This document shows, one piece after another, positions 57,008 to 64,000 of a DNA stretch of 64,000 bases. The notes under the pieces were generated by a model that worked only from the letters and a program-made list of their open reading frames with translations, was not told the origin of the DNA and made no database searches. The position numbers were made by a program, and so were the translations under genes. Source of the stretch: Escherichia coli (lineage in GTDB: Bacteria > Pseudomonadota > Gammaproteobacteria > Enterobacterales > Enterobacteriaceae); the NCBI RefSeq assembly GCF_016026235.1, contig NZ_CP065613.1, one strand, 5' to 3'. Numbering within the stretch: the first letter of the stretch is position 1; each line of letters starts with the position of its first letter.

Positions 57008-57854
57008 GTTGGAGTCATTACCACCAGTGTAAATATACTTCCAGGAGGAAGAAATATAGTAGATTGATACCAGATAATCATTTTCATATCACCCCATATG
57101 GCTGAAAAAGATATGCCGCATGTAGGTTGAATTACCGTGTCAATTACTACCCACTTCATTTGTTATGTCTTATCCCACGGTATTTAATATAGTTCATTTG
57201 GATGTTCATTTCTTTATTTTGCATATGAGTATATTACCCCTTCAAAAAATAAATTAATTAAAACGATTGCTTATATAAAACAAAATTTAAAGCAAGGAAT
57301 CTCAATGGATGTTAAACAAAATGAGATTTAGTGAAAACAATAAATTATTCACTTCGTTTTAGATTTGTTTAGCTATAATGTTATACATTCAAATGACTGA
57401 CCATCCTGTAATTAAAACATAGCCTTTATGCTACTTTGTGCCAATTTGCTAAACATTATGGTTGCCTTTTTATATAACGATAATAATGAATATAAGCATG
57501 ACATGAGAATAAGGTTTCAATTTTTGAGTTATATAGGAAAGGTTTAACCTGTTCCTGGCTAAAATACATATAACTGGATGATGACTAAACCAAAACACAT
57601 GTGCGTTAAGTATTGAAACGGGCGTATGGCACGCCCGTTGTTTTTATAAATATATTAAACGTTATGAAATAACGTATAGAAAGTCAAGTGATCACATTTC
57701 AAATATCAATTTGATAGTATTGGCCTGGTGATTATTTATGGGTAGCAATAAAAGGACAGTATTTATCATCCATAGGGATAGTCTCTGTACTTTTATTCCC
57801 ATTATGCTAATGCCTTACTGAATTATGAAGCATTTCTTAAGCATCCAACTTTAG

Positions 57855-58259
57855 CTAGATTAATGGTTTATTATTTTCTACATCTTCAATATATAAAAGC
57901 GTATTATCAATGGCGTAGTAACTGCGTTTGTTATGATTAACATCAGTAACCCAACGGAAAACGCCCGCGTCTGCCAGTGTTGAACAGTATTCCCGAAATG
58001 TAGATTTTCCGCAAATATGAAGCAATGCGGCCTCTTTTATTTTAGCAGGGTTCTTGGTCGTACTAACTTTTAACAGGTTCCTGGTTCCTCTTAATAACAA
58101 AACCGTGTCATCGTGAGTAATAATTCTGATGTTATCCGTAGCCAGATAATAAATGTAATGTGCAATACGGTGATGTTTTAATTCTGAATAAAACCAGGAG
58201 AAGTTTTGCTCTTTTCTCACTTGCTCAAACATCTTTTGAAAAACAACGACCTGATCCAT
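57855..58259 (-). CDS. ycgX: DUF1398-family protein YcgX
   Basis: 134-aa ORF MDQVVVFQKMFEQVRKEQNFSWFYSELKHH flanked by AT-rich DNA, upstream of bluR; identity from recalled gene order. Confidence 0.7.
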   Translation of the reverse strand: MDQVVVFQKMFEQVRKEQNFSWFYSELKHHRIAHYIYYLATDNIRIITHDDTVLLLRGTRNLLKVSTTKNPAKIKEAALLHICGKSTFREYCSTLADAGVFRWVTDVNHNKRSYYAIDNTLLYIEDVENNKPLI

Positions 58260-58479
58260 CAGGATAATAACCTCTTGTTAGTTGTGAGACTGCGTAGTGT
58301 GCACGATCGGTTTTACCACTTCAATCTGGTCTGTTCTTTGGCTGTGATATGTACAGAGTGTGATAGAGGGATTACCTGAATTCTCCCGGTGAGCATTTTG
58401 CAACGGACCAGCTCCGGTACAAATGCTGTTGTGGGTTCAGATTATAACATTCTGTCTAAGGGGCAGGATAAAGGTGAAA

Positions 58480-59211
58480 TTAGGGGGCATGAAAGATGAC
58501 TTTATAACCTTGCTCACCCCAGTGTTGTAAAAGTTCATTTTGCCTTCTCGTTGGTGCCATGCCTGTCCAGACAATCAATGTTTGCGTCGGGAACAGTTCT
58601 GGGCGCGGTGATTCAATGGGATCAGCAAGAACAGAAATGTGCCATCCTGACAATGATAAACGCCATGCTTCCAGCCACAATCGTGCTCTCTCTTCAACAT
58701 TCCATGCCATCAGAATGGCTTCTTTACCGGGCTTACGGCGCATTTCGAAAAGCGAGGCTGCTGCGTATTCAATTAGTGCGCCGTCAAACATACTGCTCAT
58801 AATGCGGGAGGTGTTGTGATCAAGCACGAGACGCTGGCGAACAGGAAGGTAAACATGATTAATCAATTGATCTACTGGGTACTCTCGACCCAGTGAAATA
58901 ATTCTCGCGCGTAGTTTGGCAGGATTAGCCATACGAAGAATTGACATCATCTCTTCTTGCAGGCGGCTCCAGTCATCTTCCGTATCCTGGCTGGTGGTTT
59001 CCAGTAATGCTTTAACTTTGCCTACAGGGACGCCATTACTTATCCAACGCTTGATCTCTTCGATGCGTTGTATGTCTTCTTCATCAAAGAGTCGGTGTCC
59101 GCCTTCACTGCGCTGTGGTTTTAACAAACCGTAGCGGCGTTGCCAGGCCCGGAGAGTGACAGGATTAATCCCGCAACGTTCAGCAACATCACCAATGCTG
59201 TAATAAGCCAC
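58480..59211 (-). CDS. bluR: MerR-family transcriptional repressor BluR (YcgE)
   Basis: 243-aa ORF with an N-terminal MerR HTH ([32 protein letters not shown]). Confidence 0.88.
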   Translation of the reverse strand: MAYYSIGDVAERCGINPVTLRAWQRRYGLLKPQRSEGGHRLFDEEDIQRIEEIKRWISNGVPVGKVKALLETTSQDTEDDWSRLQEEMMSILRMANPAKLRARIISLGREYPVDQLINHVYLPVRQRLVLDHNTSRIMSSMFDGALIEYAAASLFEMRRKPGKEAILMAWNVEERARLWLEAWRLSLSGWHISVLADPIESPRPELFPTQTLIVWTGMAPTRRQNELLQHWGEQGYKVIFHAP

Positions 59212-59405
59212 AATTCCTCCTTGCGGTCATAAATCTCCGTCGCCTGTACACGACCCAATAATACTTTGTACAATATACGCTAAAATTGTACAAAGTATAA
59301 ATAAGATTTCAGCTAAATTGGATGAAACATTATTTTTAATGTGGATTAAATTAAAGCATAACGTATTCATTTTCACGATGATTTACTGAAATCATGTGCT
59401 GAAAA

Positions 59406-60617
59406 TTATTTTTTTTCTGGCCACGCAACTGAAGGGATACCATTCAATTTAGCTTTAGCAAACAGATCCCCCTGAAACATCTCAATTCCTGCGGATTCAA
59501 GCCACATCCACTCTTCTGGTGTTGCCACGCCCATAGCAGAGACTTGAATTTCAAGTGATGTACAGCATTTTATGATCGCCTGAATAATTGCCTGCCGTGG
59601 TCCGCTTTTATGAACATTGGTAATCAATTCCTGACTGATTTTAATTCTGTCAGGCTGGAAGCGTGACAGGAGTAACAAACCAGCAAAACCTGCGCCAAAA
59701 TGATCAATTGCTACACTGATACCGGCAGCCTTTAGCGATTTAACCGCTTCGGCAAACTCATCAAACCGAGATATGACTTCACTTTCAGTAAATTCAACGA
59801 TGATTTGTTCAGGCACCAGAGCATTGGCCTTTATTTCATCAAGTAAAAAAGAGACTGCGTCAGGCTCGTTAACCAGGGTCATAGGTAATAGATTGATTGA
59901 AATCATTTTATCACCGAGCTCAAGTGCGTGTGCCATCGCGAATGCAAGCGCCTTACTTTTAAGATCCGCTGTGTAGATTTCCCCGTCTTTACGCTGCCCA
60001 ACCGCTATAGCTGACGGGCTGTCTTCATTTTTTTGCACAATGGCTTCAAAAGCGATTATCCGCCGCGATAAGGGATCAACAATAGGATGAAAGGCAAAGT
60101 GGTCGTTTATAGTTGGTGAAAGGGTACAGGAATCAAGTTCTTTATCAGATCTGTCAGCGATAAAAAGCCAGGAGTCTTCAGCAGGAATCTCGAAATAGGT
60201 TGATTGTTCGGTTGCAAGGACAAAAGTACGAAAAAATTGTAGCGCTCTGTCATCATAAGTTAGCTGAAATTTTGATGTGCCTTTGTCGAATACGGCCTGT
60301 AAAACGTCATCTCGCTCGTGTAGGCGTAAATCAAATAATTCCATTCCCGCTTTGCCAAAACGGCGAGCAGGCGCGTAATCGCACAGCAGCTCAACAATAT
60401 TATAGTGCCGTGGATCCTGGCATATAGCCCGATATATCATTTTAACCTGTTCTTCCGGACCTTCCAGAAGCTGGAAAAAATGAGAACCATTAAACAGTAA
60501 GATCCCTGTTACGTCAGACTGCATGTTCCTGCGATTTGCAATCGAAACCATTTCTTCGATTTTTTTGACAGGTTCGTCGTCACGTATATGGCTACGATAA
60601 ATAAGGGTGGTAAGCAT
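59406..60617 (-). CDS. bluF: Blue-light sensor BluF (YcgF): BLUF domain plus degenerate EAL domain
   Basis: Start set at MLTTLIYRSHIRDD to give 403 aa; BLUF N-terminal domain (VTGILLFNGSHFFQLLEGP) and an EAL-like C-terminus; the track ORF is 57 codons longer. Confidence 0.88.
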   Translation of the reverse strand: MLTTLIYRSHIRDDEPVKKIEEMVSIANRRNMQSDVTGILLFNGSHFFQLLEGPEEQVKMIYRAICQDPRHYNIVELLCDYAPARRFGKAGMELFDLRLHERDDVLQAVFDKGTSKFQLTYDDRALQFFRTFVLATEQSTYFEIPAEDSWLFIADRSDKELDSCTLSPTINDHFAFHPIVDPLSRRIIAFEAIVQKNEDSPSAIAVGQRKDGEIYTADLKSKALAFAMAHALELGDKMISINLLPMTLVNEPDAVSFLLDEIKANALVPEQIIVEFTESEVISRFDEFAEAVKSLKAAGISVAIDHFGAGFAGLLLLSRFQPDRIKISQELITNVHKSGPRQAIIQAIIKCCTSLEIQVSAMGVATPEEWMWLESAGIEMFQGDLFAKAKLNGIPSVAWPEKK

Positions 60618-60930
60618 TAACTGTCCAGGGTAATGGGAGTGGCGAGAGTAAGACGGTAACAGACATATCTTCCGGTGTCTTTCTTTTAATACCAAAACAT
60701 AACTGTTTCTTTGCATTGATAGAAAATGGAAAAAGTTGAACACGAGTTGGCGAAAAATCTTGTATAGTTTGTCAGTTAAATGATGCAATATGTTTTATCA
60801 TAACGTATTGTTTTATATGTATTAGCACTAATTGCAAAAAATTAATTTATCATTCTGTACACATATTTCGTACAAGTTTGCTATTGTTACCTCACTTAAC
60901 ATTGATTAACATTTTTAACAGAGGCGTAGC

Positions 60931-61167
60931 ATGCATCAAAATTCAGTGACTTTAGATTCTGCGGGAGCAATCACTCGTTACTTTGCAAAAGCTAACTTGC
61001 CTACTCAGCAGGAAACTCTCGGGGAAATTGTGACTGAGATTTTGAAAGATGGACGTAATCTGAGTCGAAAGTCGCTTTGTGCCAAACTTCTTTGCCGACT
61101 GGAACAAGCGACAGGGGAAGAGGAACAGAAACATTATAATGCACTAATTGGGTTGCTTTTTGAATAA
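60931..61167 (+). CDS. ycgZ: Small protein YcgZ (connector of the bluR-controlled operon)
   Basis: 78-aa ORF divergent from bluF, first gene of a four-gene small-protein operon. Confidence 0.8.
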   Translation: MHQNSVTLDSAGAITRYFAKANLPTQQETLGEIVTEILKDGRNLSRKSLCAKLLCRLEQATGEEEQKHYNALIGLLFE

Positions 61168-61209
61168 TGCAACAGCCTGATTATTTAACAGGTTAGCTAT
61201 GAAGTCGTT

Positions 61210-61482
61210 ATGAAGACATCTGATAATGAACGTATAAAATATGAAATTACTGGCCAGGCGGTGCTCCAGATACTGCGCATGAAGATAAATTTTTCGGTGC
61301 AGACTCTTATTAAGCAATTACTCGTAATGAAATCGGCTGAGGAAAATGCTTTCCGACGAGATTTAATTGACAGCATAATTCGTGATTTTAGCAACAGTGA
61401 TACAGGAGGGCCAAACCGAAGAACAGCGATAGCTGACAATAAAAGTATGTTCAATGGTAAGAAAATAAACAGAATACATTAA
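61210..61482 (+). CDS. ymgA: Small protein YmgA
   Basis: 90-aa ORF 42 bp after ycgZ. Confidence 0.8.
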   Translation: MKTSDNERIKYEITGQAVLQILRMKINFSVQTLIKQLLVMKSAEENAFRRDLIDSIIRDFSNSDTGGPNRRTAIADNKSMFNGKKINRIH

Positions 61483-61510
61483 AATTTCATAAGTAAGATG
61501 AGAGGTTACC

Positions 61511-61777
61511 ATGCTTGAAGATACTACAATTCATAATGCAATAACTGATAAAGCGTTATCAAGTTACTTTCGCAGTTCGGGTAATTTGTTAGAAGAAGAG
61601 TCAGCAGTGTTAGGGCAGGCTGTGACTAATTTAATGCTTTCAGGCGATAATGTTAATAATAAAAATATTATCTTAAGTCTGATACACTCCCTGGAAACAA
61701 CAAGTGATATTCTCAAAGCTGATGTGATCAGAAAAACACTGGAAATCGTGTTGCGATACACAGCGGATGACATGTAA
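61511..61777 (+). CDS. ariR: Regulator of acid resistance and biofilm AriR (YmgB)
   Basis: 88-aa [34 protein letters not shown]. Confidence 0.8.
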   Translation: MLEDTTIHNAITDKALSSYFRSSGNLLEEESAVLGQAVTNLMLSGDNVNNKNIILSLIHSLETTSDILKADVIRKTLEIVLRYTADDM

Positions 61778-61889
61778 CTTTTAATTATTAAGTATAAGTT
61801 TATAGAAAACTCATTCATCTTATTTTTGTCTGTCGCTTTAGACTATACACAGCATAATTTTATTGGGTTAATATTTCTACGAGGCTGAC

Positions 61890-62138
61890 ATGAATAATTC
61901 AATCCCAGAGAGATTTATTTTTCAATGTGCTTTGTTTAAAAATCTCGAGAGGGAGGTGTTCATGACGCATGGGTATGTTGATAGTCATATTATTGATCAG
62001 GCTTTACGCTTGCGTTTAAAAGATGAAACTAGTGTGATTCTTTCTGATCTCTATCTGCAAATCTTGCAGTACATTGAAATGCATAAGACTACACTAACGG
62101 ATATCATTATTAATGACAGGGAATCCGTGCTCTCTTAG
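61890..62138 (+). CDS. ymgC: Small protein YmgC
   Basis: 82-aa ORF, last gene of the ycgZ-ymgA-ariR-ymgC cluster. Confidence 0.75.
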   Translation: MNNSIPERFIFQCALFKNLEREVFMTHGYVDSHIIDQALRLRLKDETSVILSDLYLQILQYIEMHKTTLTDIIINDRESVLS

Positions 62139-62473
62139 AACTTGAGTAAGGTTATAGAATAAACATCAGCTGTATCATCATGCTGGTGCAAAGTGAGCAT
62201 TTCAGGCGTTATGCTTTCTTAATATATCCGCAATATCAGGGGGCAAACAGGAATGGAGAGCGCTCGTTTTCCATTCTTGACGCCTGATATCCCACCTAAA
62301 TTGTTTAATTCTGCCTACATTGTGCTCAATAATTAATAGGTTAGATGAAGATGGAGAAAATTTTATCTTCGGCGTGGATATTTCTTATGCTCTCTACCAT
62401 GCTCTCTGTAGACGCCAGCGCGAGCGAATGAACGTCATTTTCATGTATTAAACCCTTTGTTCGGGACAAGCGA

Positions 62474-63997
62474 ATGCGCAATACACTCATACCCATCCTC
62501 GTTGCGATATGCTTGTTTATTACCGGTGTCGCTATTTTGAACATCCAGCTCTGGTATTCCGCAAAAGCAGAGTACCTGGCGGGAGCAAGATATGCCGCCA
62601 ACAATATCAATCATATACTTGAAGAAGCGTCACAGGCGACTCAAACAGCGGTTAACATTGCCGGGAAGGAATGCGACCTCGAGGAGCAATATCAGCTTGG
62701 CACTGAAGCAGCTCTGAAACCTCACCTGCGCACAATCATCATTCTCAAACAGGGAATAGTCTGGTGTACATCCCTGCCTGGGAATCGGGTCCTGCTGTCT
62801 CGTATTCCTGTTGTCCCGGACAGTAATTTGCTGTTGGCTCCGGCAATCGACACCGTTAATAGATTACCTATTCTGCTCTATCAGAGCCAATTTGCAGATA
62901 CGCGCATTTTGGTTACGATAAGTGATCAGCATATTCGCGGGGCGCTTAATGTACCCTTGAAAGGGGTAAGGTATGTATTACGCGTGGCGGATGACATTAT
63001 TGGACCTACGGGTGATGTGATGACGCTTAATGGACATTATCCCTATGCCGAGAAGGTTCACTCCACAAAATATCATTTCACTATTATCTTTAACCCGCCA
63101 CCACTCTTTAGCTTCTACAGACTTATCGATAAAGGCTTTGGGATTTTGATATTTATTCTGTTAATCGCCTGCGCCGCTGCCTTCCTGCTAGATAGGTATT
63201 TCAATAAAAGCGCAACGCCTGAAGAGATCCTGCGGCGGGCTATAAATAATGGGGAGATCGTCCCTTTTTACCAACCAGTGGTGAATGGTCGGGAAGGGAC
63301 ATTGCGGGGAGTTGAGGTGTTAGCCCGCTGGAAACAACCTCACGGTGGATATATTTCACCCGCGGCATTTATTCCACTTGCTGAAAAATCCGGATTAATC
63401 GTTCCGCTTACGCAAAGCCTGATGAATCAGGTTGCCAGACAGATGAACGCTATCGCGAGTAAATTGCCGGAAGGTTTTCATATTGGAATTAATTTTAGCG
63501 CCTCGCATATTATTTCGCCGACGTTTGTCGACGAGTGCTTAAATTACCGTGACAGTTTTACCCGCCGCGATTTAAACCTCGTTCTGGAAGTTACCGAGCG
63601 TGAGCCATTAAATGTTGATGAAAGTCTGGTTCAGCGGTTGAACATTCTGCATGAAAATGGTTTTGTCATCGCGCTGGATGATTTCGGTACTGGCTACTCA
63701 GGGCTTTCTTATCTGCATGACCTGCATATTGATTATATCAAAATTGATCACAGTTTCGTTGGCCGCGTCAACGCAGACCCAGAATCAACCCGAATTCTGG
63801 ATTGTGTATTGGATATGGCGCGTAAACTTTCGATCAGTATCGTCGCTGAAGGTGTCGAAACGAAAGAACAACTTGATTATCTGAACCAAAATAATATCAC
63901 ATTTCAGCAGGGTTATTATTTCTATAAACCTGTTACATACATCGACCTGGTCAAAATTATCCTTTCTAAACCGAAGGTGAAGGTTGTGGTTGAGTGA
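62474..63997 (+). CDS. pdeG: Cyclic-di-GMP phosphodiesterase PdeG (YcgG): CSS-motif sensor plus EAL domain
   Basis: 507-aa ORF with an N-terminal transmembrane helix, periplasmic Cys-containing sensor domain, second transmembrane helix and a C-terminal EAL domain (EVLARW...DDFGTGYS). Confidence 0.88.
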   Translation: MRNTLIPILVAICLFITGVAILNIQLWYSAKAEYLAGARYAANNINHILEEASQATQTAVNIAGKECDLEEQYQLGTEAALKPHLRTIIILKQGIVWCTSLPGNRVLLSRIPVVPDSNLLLAPAIDTVNRLPILLYQSQFADTRILVTISDQHIRGALNVPLKGVRYVLRVADDIIGPTGDVMTLNGHYPYAEKVHSTKYHFTIIFNPPPLFSFYRLIDKGFGILIFILLIACAAAFLLDRYFNKSATPEEILRRAINNGEIVPFYQPVVNGREGTLRGVEVLARWKQPHGGYISPAAFIPLAEKSGLIVPLTQSLMNQVARQMNAIASKLPEGFHIGINFSASHIISPTFVDECLNYRDSFTRRDLNLVLEVTEREPLNVDESLVQRLNILHENGFVIALDDFGTGYSGLSYLHDLHIDYIKIDHSFVGRVNADPESTRILDCVLDMARKLSISIVAEGVETKEQLDYLNQNNITFQQGYYFYKPVTYIDLVKIILSKPKVKVVVE

Positions 63998-64000
63998 AAA

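Larger units (their letters stand above)
56255..57022 (+). mobile_element. Complete IS1 insertion sequence (768 bp)
   Basis: Terminal inverted repeats GGTAATGCTGCCAACTTACTGAT (left) and GGTAATGACTCCAACTTACTGAT (right, reverse complement); insA and insB inside; perfect 9-bp direct repeat ACCAGTGTA at 56246-56254 and 57023-57031. Confidence 0.95.
56059..57159 (-). pseudogene. iraM: iraM (anti-adaptor that protects RpoS from RssB) split by an IS1 insertion
   Basis: 5' segment 57023-57159 encodes [46 protein letters not shown]; 3' segment 56059-56254 encodes KPGIILKDKEYPITIYNIAPFNKNLWSLLKSSQECPPGESEITNKCLHKSCIIKICPYGLK. Removing IS1 and one copy of the 9-bp duplication restores a continuous 107-codon ORF. 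The iraM identity is from recalled sequence. Confidence 0.75.

Noticed and set aside
57023-57854. Possibility that the AT-rich DNA right of IS1 is a foreign island or prophage remnant
   Set aside because: No integrase, tRNA or phage-like ORFs are present; the segment is non-coding and continuous with the iraM 5' end, so it is better explained as the native iraM-ycgX intergenic region.
62341-62610. 89-aa minus-strand ORF across the pdeG start region
   Set aside because: Overlaps the pdeG N-terminus on the opposite strand and the intergenic leader; pdeG has clear EAL-domain support, and the antisense frame has none.

Overview
This window reads as a contiguous stretch of Escherichia coli chromosome, identified by recall of protein sequences and gene order, not by any database search. 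It runs from the end of the flagellar flgK-flgL genes through rne, the rpmF-plsX-fabHDG-acpP-fabF fatty-acid cluster, pabC-mltG-tmk-holB-ycfH, ptsG, fhuE, the hinT-ycfL-lpoB-thiK-nagZ-ycfP cluster, ndh, mfd, lolCDE, nagK, cobB, potABCD, pepT, roxA, phoPQ, purB, hflD, mnmA, nudJ, rluE and icd, then into the bluR-bluF / ycgZ-ymgA-ariR-ymgC / pdeG locus. Almost all of it is densely packed core housekeeping sequence. The only accessory-type structure is just downstream of icd: a complete 768-bp IS1 element with a perfect 9-bp target-site duplication sits inside the iraM reading frame, and no e14-type prophage is present at icd. I did not find CRISPR arrays, tRNA or rRNA genes, or evidence for a previously undescribed multi-gene system. 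The most interesting observations are the IS1 knockout of iraM (with its activator phoPQ intact in the same window), a second copy of the icd terminator hairpin 1.6 kb downstream, and a few small regulatory candidates. Gene starts that differ from the ORF track are my corrections from remembered protein N-termini and should be treated as approximate.
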